DNA from: Camelus dromedarius
Lineage: Eukaryota
Length of the DNA: 64,000 nt
Assembly (NCBI RefSeq): GCF_036321535.1
Contig: NC_087437.1
Location: forward strand, 75,828,001-75,892,000
Direction of reading: 5' to 3'
The notes under the pieces were generated by a model. The model was not told the origin of the DNA. It saw only the letters and a program-made list of their open reading frames with translations, and did no database searches. Positions 13,080-25,019 of the stretch are shown here, one piece after another; within the stretch, counting starts at the first letter, position 1; each line of letters opens with the position of its first letter. A program made the translations under genes and the position numbers.

Positions 13080-13340
13080 GATCTCAGAGTCTGGGCTGTG
13101 GATTGGGAGTCAGGGTCCTGTGCCCCCTCGGTTCTCACTTTATTGCTAGGCCCGTGGTCCTTACCTCAGGAGAGGCACTTAAGCTCTTTGCACCTTTATT
13201 CTTCCATTTGAAAATCAGGGATAATACCTCCAGCCTACTTAACCTCAGAGGGATGTGCGAGGATTAGCCAATTAAAGTTTGCCAAATGCTTGGGAGCCAA
13301 CGGAGGGGAAAATCTGTATGAACGTAAAGTGTTATTATCA
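13080..13340 (+). mobile_element. MIR SINE
   Basis: MIR core: aggcacttaagctctttgcacctttattcttccatttgaaaatcagggataatacc. Confidence 0.65.
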
Positions 13341-14034
13341 TTCCACCCGTCCTCCTTTTCTCTCTCTCTCTTTCTGAGGATTGCTGACCTGGGAGACTCA
13401 GCGTACATTACTCGCGGTTTTGTTTCTCGTCGCTATTGTGTAAAAGGGCCTTCTCCTATTATTAAACGATTTGTTTGCAATTGGTCCTTTCTATACCATC
13501 AAAGGGAGGTTTTCAAACCAAGGCCTCCTAGACTGATGGTCAGTGGGTCACACTGGGCAAGGTTTCTTTTGAGTATATCTTTAGAATCCTGTAGAGAGGC
13601 AAAAACATCCACTTTAAAGTAAAATAGTAAGTATAATTTGGAAAACTTTGCCTGTGAGTGTTTCAAAGCTAATGAAGTATAAAAACAAAGTCAATTTAGA
13701 CCCCTTGTTACAATCCTTAAAGAAATTCCCCTTTTAACCAAAACAATAATAACGCTTTGCGTTTCACGAACATTGCCCGGCTGGTTCCTGCAGCCGCCTG
13801 TGAAGTGAGTGTGACACAGCTTGGTCACACTATACTCATTTAACAGTTGAAAAAATTGAAATGCAGAGAGGTTAAATAATTTTTCCCAAAATACTTTAGC
13901 TAATGAGGAGCAAAGCCAGGACTAGACTCTAAATTTCTTTATCTTCTGGTTCTAAGGGCAGTAGGTTTTCCCTTGCTACTATCTTTTGACTGTGGCTCTA
14001 ATGATGTTAAAAGTCCAAACCTTGTTGCTTTGGT

Positions 14035-14116
14035 ATTTGTTTTTAATACTGAGGATTGAACCCAGGACCTCAAGCATGCTAGGTATGCATTCTACCACTG
14101 AGCTATAAACCTCCTC
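14035..14116 (-). mobile_element. Vic-1-type tRNA-derived camelid SINE, short-tailed
   Basis: Reverse complement reads gaggaggtttatagctcagtggtagaatgcatacctagcatgcttgaggtcctgggttcaatcctcagta, with A and B boxes. Perfect 12-bp TSD tgttgctttggt at 14023-14034 and 14117-14128. Confidence 0.85.
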
Positions 14117-14128
14117 TGTTGCTTTGGT

Positions 14129-14884
14129 TTTTGATATGCTTTTTTCTGCACCACCAAACAACTCAGTTGACACTATCTACCTAGAGACAATGTCAGATCC
14201 CACACGTCAAGGGTTGTCCTACAAGACTGCCCCTTCCCCCACTTCAGAGGCCAATTGCAAGTCCAGGCTGTCACCTGTGTTTCTGACCAACTATCACTCG
14301 GAGGTTCCAATAAGTCCCCTCCTTGAATTCAATTAATTTGCTAGAGCGACTCACAGAATTCAAAGAAATACTTTACTTACTAAATTGCTGGTTTATTATA
14401 AAAGGATGTAACTCAGAAACAGCCCAATGAAAGAGATGCAAAGAGCAAGGTACGGAGAAGGGGCACAGAGCTTCCCTGCCCTCTCCAAGAGTGCCAGTCT
14501 CCCCAAATCTCCATGTGTTTCCCAACCTGGAAGCTCTCTGAATCCCATCTTTCTATGCTGATATGGAGGCTTCATTACATAGCACGGCTGATTAAATCAT
14601 TTGGCCATTGGTGATGGAACTCAATCTCCATCCCCCTACCTATCCCTCGACTGGGGAATGGGACTGAAACTTCTAACCCTCTAGTCACTAGTTTGGTTCT
14701 CTTGGCAACCAGCCCCCATCTTCTGGTTACCTAGGGACTTTCCAAAAGTCACCTCATTAACATAACAAACGCCAACTTTATTGCTTTTATTACTTGGGAA
14801 CTTCCAAGAGTTCCGGGAGTTTTGTGCCAGGAACAGTGGATGAAAATCAAATGTAAATTTCTTATTATAAATTACAGCATCACA
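14129..14884 (-). mobile_element. MER21B/C-like solo LTR
   Basis: Shares motifs with 4625-5570 (tcagatcccac, attgcaagtccagg, tttgctagagcgactcacagaa, ccaacctggaagctctc) and ends tcttattataaattacagcatcaca. Confidence 0.75.
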
Positions 14885-15202
14885 GTTACCCTTTCTTTTA
14901 CTTCTCAGACTATTCGGACTTGTGCAACATCTAATCTGATGTGAGAACCTTGGAACAGAATGTCTTTTCCAAGACCATTTCCTGTGTGCTAAGGGATCAT
15001 GCCGGGCCCAATACCCAGAATCACCTGTGGGAAACTGGAAAGTCAGCGCTGGGAATTCTTATTGGAACAGCATTTATCTCTCAGTATCTCACTCTCTAAT
15101 TCCACCCCTCCTGTCGCTCTGCTATGTCTAGCATTGGGTAAATAGTCAATCAGTTAGAAATATTTGGTAGGTCCTAGTGCAGAGATGGAAAGTCGTTATC
15201 AT

Positions 15203-15589
15203 TGCTAAAATACAGAATTCAACTAAGTAAATTTTAAAGATCCTATTGGCTTTATTCAGTGATTCATGAATGGGACAGCATCCAATCCAGCAGAGAGAAA
15301 GGAGTTTCAAGGAACTGTGCAAAATGAAAGACTTTTATAGGCAGAAGGGAGTAGGTACAAGAAAGTTATACTTGGCAAAAAGCAGGTTGGTTATTGTAAG
15401 GATACTTTCCCTTAGGGGATGGCAGGAGTCCATCGGGCAGATGACCTAAGTAGTGCTGGTTAGGTGATTTCTGATTGACAAGTTTAAGTAAGATTCCATG
15501 TCTGGGAGAGCCAAAGTTAATTCTTGGTTTGGTGATGTGGAGCTTAGCATAAGCAATTCCATTTGGGGCCTGTTGTCTTATTTTTAATA
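15203..15589 (-). mobile_element. ERV1 (MER4-group-like) solo LTR
   Basis: TG at the left end, with a 4-bp TSD tcat at 15199-15202 and 15590-15593. Minus-strand AATAAA (tttatt ~15251) and TATAAAA (ttttata ~15333) are in LTR order. Confidence 0.7.
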
Positions 15590-15604
15590 TCATCTAGTGG
15601 AAAA

Positions 15605-16022
15605 TAATGGATTTTGTGATGTACCAACCAGATCCTTTTTCCAAGACCAACACTGTCATTCCCCCAGATTCTGGGAGTTCTCAGTGGAGCTCCTCTCCAA
15701 GAATTAGCAACAGCCAAAGAGAGTTGCACCCACCAAGGTCACCCTCCCTACCTGGTGGCAAGATGTTTGGTGGGTGGGTATGGTTTTTGAAGGTCCAGCA
15801 CTTTGCCTCAGGACAGGACAAGTCTGAAGAACCATCTGATGGTTCTTCTTAAAGTTGGTTGGGGCTTTATTGTAATTACATGGCAGTTCAATTTCTTCCT
15901 AGGCCCAATTCTTTTCTCCCCCTCACCTCTTATGGTTATCGCTCCTGAGAGCACTCTCCCAATAAGGCAGCACAAAGTTCTAAGAATTTCAGAGTCTGTG
16001 TCCTAGGGAAACTGACCCACCA
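15605..16022 (+). mobile_element. LTR16C-like 5' LTR of an ERVL provirus
   Basis: cagatcc...cattcccccag...gagagcactctcccaataa...tcagagtctgtgtcctagggaaactgacc resembles LTR16C. It is followed directly by a PBS-like tagtaccagaagagg at 16025. Confidence 0.7.
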
Positions 16023-18650
16023 CATAGTACCAGAAGAGGCCCAGGAAAACGGACCTCAGCCAGCTGACAATGATGACTCCTTCACTGGTGGGAGATGAAG
16101 CATTAATAGCCCTTGGCATGTACTTGCAGTACAATCCTTAGAACTTTTACAAGTGGTGAACTGGGATGGAATACTGGTGGAAGTACAATATATCTGGCAT
16201 TGGAGAATTTTGTGGTGAATGGTAATGGTAAGGACTTTGGAACTGAATGAGCCGTCCATGCGTTAGAGAACGTCAGTGAAAGCCTGAAGGCAACTAACCC
16301 ATCAATATGAGAAAAGTATGAAAGCCAGAGGGGGCCTCTTTGGCAGTATTTAAAGGGACTCTCATCTCCTGCAGCAGGAAGGCAGAAGAATCAGGATCAG
16401 GGCCAGGACTTAAGTATAAAAGTAGCAGAGCTCCATGGTGGTTGAAATTTCACCTTGACAGTCCTACACCAAGATCATAGCTCTATTTAGGAAGGAGTAA
16501 GATTGAGAGTTAAGAAGAAAAATCTAAATCCTTATATTCTGCTAGACTCTGTAGGCCAAAAAAGGTCCATTTCTTCTTGTTAAAGTCTATTTCTTCTTCC
16601 TTATTTGAACATAAGGCAGAAGCTTCTGCTGTATCCACTTCACACACACAGCTCAAGAAAGTATAATCAAGGAGAATGAGGAGGGGAGGAGAGGCAGGAG
16701 CTGGAGGAAGGCAATGTGCACCCCACCTCCAACCTGTAATCTACCACACCTCTCTTTATAATCACTAGAAAAATAACTTGGAGTCAAGTCATAACATAAT
16801 CCAGCTAGGGAAGTGCTGGGATTGCAAAGCAAGAAAACAGGTTATACACCCAGGGAGCTGAAAGATGTAGCCAACATTTGTTAGCAAGAGCCAGCAGAAT
16901 AGAAATGGACTGGATTCTTGGAGGTACTGGGTTGAGGGGGGATGGAATAGAAAGTTGGATGAAGGATGTTTTTAGATAGATATTTGTGCACTAACCCTTG
17001 ATGCAGGGTTTAAGATCAAGGCAAGAACCTTGGGAGACAAGCCAACACCACTGGGGTAAATGATGGTGGAGGGGATTGAAAGGCTAGGAAAGTGGGCGTA
17101 TTGAAGTGGCTGCATCATGCAATGTCAGAAAACCTGTTAGCTTATTATGTTCTGTGAGAAAGTTCAGAGGACATTCCATTTACCAAAGAAAATGGGATGT
17201 GCAGGGGACATGAGCATTGTTAAAAATCTCAGTGGTGGTTGACCTCTGTAGAACAGGACTGATTTTGGATGGTGTAGTTGCAAAACTGGCTCTCAAATAG
17301 CACAATGCTGGTAGACTCTTGAAAAAATAGAGGCCCAGTGGTAACACTTAACTATCAAAAGCAAAGTGAGCCCAATTACTGTGAAGAGTGGCAAGGTCGA
17401 GGGGTGGGGGTGGCATGACTCATGTAGTGCTGTGGAGATAGTTAATGGAACACAGCATTTCCAAGGTCAAGACTGAGCAGGCAACAAGGTTATTTCTCAA
17501 TCTGGAAAACAAAAAGAAACAAAGCCTAAGGGCTACTGCCACAATAAAATGTCACAATCCCTTGCTAGGTTTCTGGACCTGATTCAGTTTTCAATCCAGA
17601 AACCACCCAGTGAAAGCAAGGCTGGGTTTCATGAGCAAAGGACACTACAAGATCACAGCAAGTACTATTGTATCGATTCTCCCAGTCCTCCAGACAGAGC
17701 TACAATCAACTACTTAGGGAACCATGTACTGGGGAAAGGGGAATACTTAAACATTCAAGACCGTGTGTTGACATTGGTAGCTGGCTCACAGTAGGTCAAC
17801 TGAGTGTATGGACCCAACCAATGGTTATTACCCCAGTCCCTGAGTGCATAATTGGAACATGAGGTCAACAAAATCTCTCTGTTCCTTCCTTGGCCTGTGG
17901 GATAAGAAGTCTCATAATGGGAAAGGCCAAGTAGAAGCCTCTCATATCATCCCTCCCACCATGGACAAGATATTAAATCAAACCCAACACTGCATCCTTG
18001 GGGAATAGATTAGTGTCAGTCTTGAAGACTTAAAAGGTGCAAAATTGGCAGTTACTGCCCTATCCACATTCAATTCACCAGTCTGACACCTTCAAAAGCC
18101 GCATGGACTCTGTGGTATGACAGTGGACTACTACAAACTCAACTAAGTATAACCCCAATTGTAACCATTGTTCCAAAAATGGTATCTTTGCTACAGCAAA
18201 TTAGCATGGTATCTAATACATTGGATGCAATCATTGCATATGGGCTAAACAACAATACAGTTCTTACCCCAGGGCCATGTTAACTCTCTCCCTCTCACAA
18301 TGTAGTGACCTGATTAGGTGTTCCAGAGAACCATAAATTTCTTCACTTTATTGGTGACATCATGTTAATCAGGTCAGACACTCAAGAAGTGGCAAGTATT
18401 TTGGAGGTCTTGGTAAGACACATGGACTCCAAAAGGTGGAAGATACCTCTAAGGAAGATTCAGGGACTACCATGTCAATGACATTTTCCCAAGTCCAGTG
18501 GTTTGGGGCATGCCAAGACATCCCCCTTAAGGTAAAGAGCGAAGTATCATAAACTGCCCCTTCCACCACAACAGAGGAAACACAGTGCCTGCCAGGCCTC
18601 TTTAACCCTTTGTAGCCTATTACACATTTGACAGTAATGCTCTAACCACA
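16023..18650 (+). mobile_element. Decayed ERVL (HERV16/ERV3-16-like) internal region: gag, protease and RT remnants
   Basis: Manual translation gives gag-like SEDIPFTKE (~17164), protease VDIGSWLT...PVPECIIG (17767-17860), RT STFNSPV*HLQKPHGLCGMTVDYYKLN (18063), LPQGHVNS (18264) and HFIGDIMLI (18344, a degenerate YIDD). Many stops and frameshifts. Confidence 0.88.
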
Positions 18651-19190
18651 TGTTCATTGCTATGTTCAAAACTCAATTATTTATTTATAAAATCAGTAAT
18701 TATTTTACTCATGCTTTTGTGGGGCAGGAATCCAGAAAGTTCACAGCTGGGTGGGTCTCTCTTCTACTGCAGTCAAACAGTGGTTGATGTTAGAATAGCT
18801 GGGGGTGGGGGTGAGGGAGGCCAAGAGCAGTGAGAAAGAGGAAAGCTGGAACAGTTGAGAGATGGAAAGACATTTCTCTCTCTTAGTCTTTCTCTTTCTC
18901 TCTCTCCCCTTCTCTATCTGAGGATCTTTCCAGAGAGGCTCTCCATGGAGACTAGACGGGGCTTCCTCACAGCATGGTGGTTGGGTTCCAAAAGCATTCT
19001 CAGAAAACCAAGCAGAAGTTGTATAATCTTTTCTAAACTAGCCTCAAAAATCATGCATATTACTTCTGCTACCCTTCATTAGTTGGACTGTCAGTAGCTC
19101 CCACCCAGATTCAAGGGCAGCGGACATAGACACTGTCTCTTGATGGAAGGAGTGTTAAAGGATTTCAGGGTCATGTTTTCAGAATGCCAG
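18650..19190 (-). mobile_element. MLT1 (MaLR) LTR at the point where the ERVL pol remnant stops
   Basis: gggcttcctcacagcatggtgg...cccagattcaaggg...catagacactgtctcttgatggaaggagtg are MLT1F/H-type motifs. Confidence 0.75.
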
Positions 19191-19975
19191 AGTGTGATAA
19201 ACTGAAATCAGCACCAGTTTTAGAAAAGTCTGGGCATGTGCGCTGGCTCCACCACTTTCTGCTTGCGTGCTTATGAACTACAGTACAATCCATCTTTTCA
19301 GGAAAAGATGTTTGCTTCCTCTTTTTGCTTTGGAGGATAATAATGCTTTCTAGTCAAACTCCTTTGGATGTAAGGGACAGAGACTCACTCACGTTACCAA
19401 AGGTTTCCAGGAAAAAAACAAACCAAGAGCAGGAACAGCAGCCTCCCTGGAACTAGAGGAGGATCCTGGTGACCTCAGTGATGGATGTCATGGAGGCTCA
19501 CTTTACCACTCTCGTATTTCATCTCATTTGGCTATTCTCCACCTTTCAGTCTCTCCCTTCTTTTCCCTACTCACCTTCTGTTGTCTCTATGTTCTTTCCT
19601 TATCGCTTCTACTGACCCATCATTTTCAATCATTTAGAACTTGAGTTAGCATCATGCCCTCTCCAGCTTCTCTCTACATCAAGGCATTTCAGCATCAGCT
19701 GTCACCACTGACTTATTCTTTAGGAATTTCCTAGTTCAAGTTCCCAAGAAAGGGATAATTTGCTGGTATCAAAGTGGATTGTCTGTGTTTGAATAACGTC
19801 ATTTTCTTGTTCACTTAGTGACCACTTATATAATGAAAAGCTCAGCTCTTAGCAAGTCAGGCTGGGAGGAAAAGGCAGCCATGACTGGCATGGTTGTATA
19901 TTCATCAGCAGAGTCCAATGTAGATGTCAACCTCCAAAGGACTGTGGTATGGATCAACTAAAGTAAGAAAAGAAA

Positions 19976-20077
19976 GGGGGGAGGGTATAGCTCAGTGGTA
20001 GAGTGCGTGCTAAGCATTCATGTGGTTCTGGGTACCTCATGAGCACCTCCATTAAATCCCCAGTACTTCTATTAAAA

Positions 20078-20108
<31 letters not shown>

Positions 20109-20150
20109 ATATATAAATAAATAAATAAACCTAATTACCTTCCCCTGCCA
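19976..20150 (+). mobile_element. Vic-1-type camelid SINE with (TAAA)n tail
   Basis: ggggagggtatagctcagtggtagagtgcgtgctaagcatt head, A box at 19988-19998, TAAA repeats and a cctaattacct tail. Confidence 0.9.
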
Positions 20151-21664
20151 AAGGAAAAGTAAAAGGCATTGTAAAATATAAAGCTATCTAAGGAGATGTG
20201 ATATGATGTTTTAGACATACATTCAAATGCATCCAGATTCCTTTTTTAAGAATCAATATATCAAGTTAACAAACATCCTTGCTAATTAATCTAGCAAACG
20301 GATATTTGCAGATTACTGTTCTGTTTCCATGAACAATTATTGCAGCTGTCCTCCCTAATATCCAGCTACATGCCAGCTATGTCAGAACCTTTAAGAGTTG
20401 AGGCTGACTCTTTCAAGTTTCAAGCATCCAAATAAATGCCATATTAACATATGGATTTTAGCATTATATTTTCTTGAATTCTTTTTTAAAAGGGGAAGGG
20501 AACTCAGGAATTATTCTTTGTTCAATAAGAAAGGCTAGAAAATGCATCTGTTTCTAACTGCATGTGGTATCCACTCAAATCTGTATTGGAAAATTGCACT
20601 GTAAACATTGTGTAGGCTTTTATTTTTCACTTATTTTCAGCCTCTCACTTCTTAATCAATTCCTCTTTTCTCAACATAGATTGTATTGCCATCAAGCTAT
20701 CAACTAATAATTTTTTCAGAACTCAAAATGGAAAGAAATACCTAACAAAACAAATAAACAAGAGTAAAGCTTCAGGAACCTTTGTACCTGTACCGCTACG
20801 CAGAGGCATCATCCCTCTGCACCTGGTGGGTTAAATTTGGATAGGCACCTCATAGGGTGGCTGCAATTTCCTAATTTAAGAATTTTTTTTAATCTAAAAT
20901 GAATTTCCTTTCCTTTGTCTTCAGGAAAGCCTGCAAATACCAAATCCAATATGAGAGAGATTTAATTTCCCTTTTGGTCTATGACACAGCACAACAATTA
21001 TCTGAGGATGTTTAAAGAAAATTCATAGAGTAGAATGCTCTCAGTTCACACCAGATAAACCCCCCACAAAATGATGCCATGGCTGGCGTCATCCATCGGC
21101 TGACATTCATGCATGATTCAGCACCTCTAGATAACAATTTGGAGGAAATCTGCTTTTCCATTACAAGCCAGACGCTGTCTTTTTGCTACAAACTGAAAAG
21201 ATCAGAATTGACAGCTTTTAAGGCTGGCTCCTCCTGTGACACCCAGCACCAAGAAGCAATCCAGAGACTCTTTCTGGTGTTTCTGTGCACACTGTTCAGT
21301 GTATCACAGACATGAGGCATCCAGGTGATTGATGGATTTCTCGCTTGTCCTCTGTCTGCTTTTGCATCTGTTGATATAGCCTCTGTGTTTATATGTGTGA
21401 TTAGGCTGAGACTTTCTGGGTCAACCACCCACAGATTGTATCAAAAATAATCAATCTTATTTGACTGTCTTAACATTTTGGCTATTTTAGTTGTTAAGGC
21501 AACCAGATCTGATGAAGTGTTCACTCATCAATATGATGCTCAGCAATTGTCTATCATGGTTCCGAAGTTGGAGGGAAAAAAATAATAAAAATAAACTGTC
21601 AAAACAGTCAATCCAAAACAGTCAATCCAGTCATGAATTTCTCCCCGACACCAAGAGACCATTG

Positions 21665-21781
21665 TTTCTCCTTTTCCTTTTCTTCCCCCCTCCTCCTCCT
21701 CCCACCTTCTCCACCTCCCTCCTCCTCCACCTCCCTCCTCCTCCCTTCTCCTCCCTCTTCCCTCCTCCTCCTCCTCTCCTC
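21665..21781. repeat. CCT-rich polypyrimidine low-complexity tract
   Basis: About 115 nt of almost only C and T. Confidence 0.9.
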
Positions 21782-23758
21782 AGATCTGTCCCTCCCACAG
21801 TTTCTTTCCTCCAGTGATGTTGATGAACAGCAGAGAAGGCAGATATTTTAGGTTCACAAAGGCTTACATTTTCCTAAAAGGTTTCCCTTTACTTTGTTTT
21901 GATGTTTGATAATTTTTTGCTGTTGAGTGGTCCTAAAATGATGGATACATTGAATGCATAGAGAACATTACTCTTAATGGACAATTTAGGCAGAAATGTC
22001 CTTTGTTTTCTCTTTCAAGATGAATTTCCCTTTTTGGGGAGCATGGCTCCAAAAGTCAGTGACAGGCGGCTGGCTTGCACAGTCCCTTCCTGTCCCCTGA
22101 GCCCGCTCCAACCTCCTTGGAACAGAAGAGCTTTGAGTCTGGCCCTGGTGTGGGATGTGGCTGGCTTTCCAACTTGGAAAATGTGTTAGTAATTACTTTT
22201 TACTGCTGTCTCCATTTGAATTTCCAGACTTCTCCCCCCTCTCCCAGCCTGTGTTTCTCCACCCAGCTTCCTACCTCATTCTGACTGCTAATTTAACCCT
22301 GGCTCCCTTCCTCCAGAAACATTCGACCTTGTGCAAGAACTTGGCATCAATTTCTCTGCTCCTACTTCCCCAGAAGGGAAGCGCTGGACTAGGGTAATTA
22401 GCATCAGCAGGCAGCCTTGCCAGACCGCCTGCCTGTTGTCCTCTGGGCTCCGCCTGGTACAACAGCAGCCCCCTTTTTCTGGGCAAAAGGGCAATGGCCA
22501 CGAGTTGCCAGTTGCCAGGAGACCTTTTCCAACATTTTGCTTCAAGATGGTGTTACCAGGGATGTGGACTGAGCCCAATTAGCTTGTTTAACAAAGTAAC
22601 CTATAGGGAAAAAAAAAATGTAGAAGCACTGAAACCGCCTTAGTTCACATATCCCTCCTTTAGATTTGAAAGAATTTTATCAGTTTTTCTTATCAAGAAA
22701 GGTTATTCAGTGTCAAATGATCATCTGGAAAGAGTTACAAGGAAACTAAGAGTTGTTTTACCTGCTTAAGAGAACAGACTTTGCAATCACTTAAGACATG
22801 ACCATTTCTTCCTTCTGTTGATAAGCTGATTACATACCACTTTTATCTCCCTATTAATTAAGTCCCCAAAGACAATTACAGGATATAATTTTATAACTGA
22901 AAGACTAGCATGTAAGTACTTAAAAATAATGCTACTTCAGTTTTTTAAAAATAGACCACATTGCCATATTTTTACTAATTCAGTCCCACCTTCCCTGATT
23001 ACACTGAATGAGTGGGGTTTCATGTTATATATTTGTGAATGTATGTTCTTGAAGTTTATAGGCTAGAACTCTCTTTGAAAAATGCCTTGGGTTATAGGGA
23101 TTCAGTATAGAGCTAGAAATTGGTTGAGTGGAGACGGGGGTAGAAATTACACATAGGGATACTGGCTCTACGCATTACCATACACATTCTCTACCACTCA
23201 GACTCTGATGTACAAAGTGCACAGTACAAGTATACTCGCACATACGTACAGAGGTACCCGGATAACATATATACATACAAAACACACAGTGCAAAACTGT
23301 GCATAAGCCATCCTACCCCTCTGTTTATTGGGCAGGGGGAAGTAGCAACTGTATGGGTCCAAGTGATGAGGTCTCTGCATATTAGGAGACGCACATCCAG
23401 AGAAGGGATTCCTCCATATTGTTTCCACCTCTCAGATAAACGAAAAGTGGTACTGTTTTTCCAGCAGTGTAAGTTTCCCTGCCCCTACATTGCAGGACTA
23501 GTTCCTTAATTAAGCATAGGTTTTCAGTAATGAAGTACGATTCATCTGTCCGAAAAAAGTGGACGTGAGAGCAAAAACATGGGTTCTGGATCTAAAGCTT
23601 TAGCTGTGGGACAGTCAAAGCGTAATTTTTAATACGGCAAAAACTTGACTCTCTTATGAACATACAAAGAACACATTTCATCTATTAATGAGGGGAGCAT
23701 TAGGATTGTAATACTGGTTCAAGATTTAGACAGAATAAATATCTATAGCTAAAAAGAT

Positions 23759-23837
23759 GGAAGGAAGGAAGGAAGGAAGGAAGGAAGGAAGGAAGGAAGG
23801 AAGGAAGGAAGGAAGGGAGGAAGGGAGAAAGAGAGAG

Positions 23838-23928
<91 letters not shown>

Positions 23929-23941
23929 AAGAGAGAAAGAG

Positions 23942-23980
<39 letters not shown>

Positions 23981-24091
23981 GAGAAAGAAAGAGAGAAAGA
24001 GAGAAAGAAAGAGAGAAAGAAAGAGAGAAAGAAAGAAAAAAGAGAGAGAGGGAGGGAGGGAGGAAGGAAGGAAGGAAGGAAAAGAAAGAAA
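23759..24091. repeat. Compound (GGAA)n-(GAAA)n-(GGGA/GGAA)n microsatellite, purine-only
   Basis: 333 consecutive purines on the + strand, read directly. Confidence 0.97.
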
Positions 24092-24329
24092 TGTATCTTT
24101 GGAATTATATTTTCTACTGTACAAAAGTCATCTGCATTTTTATTAGACAAAAATCTACAAGTTAACCTACAGCTTCACAGAGTCTAGTACTAATCAGTAG
24201 TAAATAATAAGTCAAACAAAGGTACATTCCCTTAGAGAATTAACAATCTATGCGCCCCAATTACATAAAGCTCCAGTACAATGTTGAAAGGGCACATAGG
24301 CTTCTTTTTGCCTTATTGTCACGTTTGGG

Positions 24330-24510
24330 TTAATTTTTCTTAACAGGACTTAGGGCAGATTACCTCAAATCCCTCTGAACCTCAATGCCTTTATTTGAAA
24401 AGTGAGAAGAACAATATCTGCCTTAACAGGGTTTCTCCAGGATTTAAATGAAATTGTGTATCTAACACACCTCCCACAACACTTCAATAAATGGTAATCT
24501 CCTTGTCTCC
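24330..24510 (+). mobile_element. MIR SINE
   Basis: gggcagattacctcaaatccctctgaacctcaatgcctttatttgaaaagtgagaagaacaatatctgcc core. Confidence 0.7.
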
Positions 24511-25019
24511 ACATATTCCTCTTATTCCACACTATCTGACATTTTGCCAATCAGATCTCTTTCAATGGCACTTCCCACATACTACCAAAATAATGGTAAA
24601 TGGTGGTTAGGTTGATGACCTTGATCTCTATCATCACAGGTAAAATTATGTGTTCAGTATAGTATTGTTGTTAAGTATAATTTATTATGTTTTACTTTTT
24701 AGAGTCATTATCCATAGAACTTGACTCAGTTAAAAAAAAGTATCTAGTTAATCAAAACTATATTTTCCAGATTATTAAGCATAAAAGAAAGTTCTACTGA
24801 GTGTTTTTACTTGGAGCAAAAGTTTGAATCCAGAAGTGCCTGTGTTAAGTGGTAGATCTGAACAAACGCCCTCTAAATTTTCTTCCAACTCTTAAGATTT
24901 TAGAATAAGTAGGAAAGGATGCCTAAGAAAAAAATAATATGCAGAAAGGATAAAGTTTGTGTATTTTAGCCCTCAGGAAAAAAATACAATTGTATACTAA
25001 AAATAATGACTGTGGGAAT

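Noticed and set aside
4625..14884. Two same-orientation MER21-like LTRs as the ends of one provirus
   Set aside because: The copies differ substantially. The 8.5 kb between them holds L2, MIR, MER5, MER20 and other LTRs rather than gag/pol, so they are independent solo LTRs.
17549..18650. Domesticated retroviral gene
   Set aside because: Multiple in-frame stops, frameshifts and mutated protease and RT catalytic motifs.
19976..20070. tRNA gene (also 14035-14116)
   Set aside because: The tRNA-like heads carry A-rich SINE tails. One copy has a clear TSD and the other a broken B box, and neither shows a proper acceptor stem.
23726..24150. 130-aa K/E/R-rich and F/L/S-rich ORFs
   Set aside because: Translation artefacts of the purine microsatellite.
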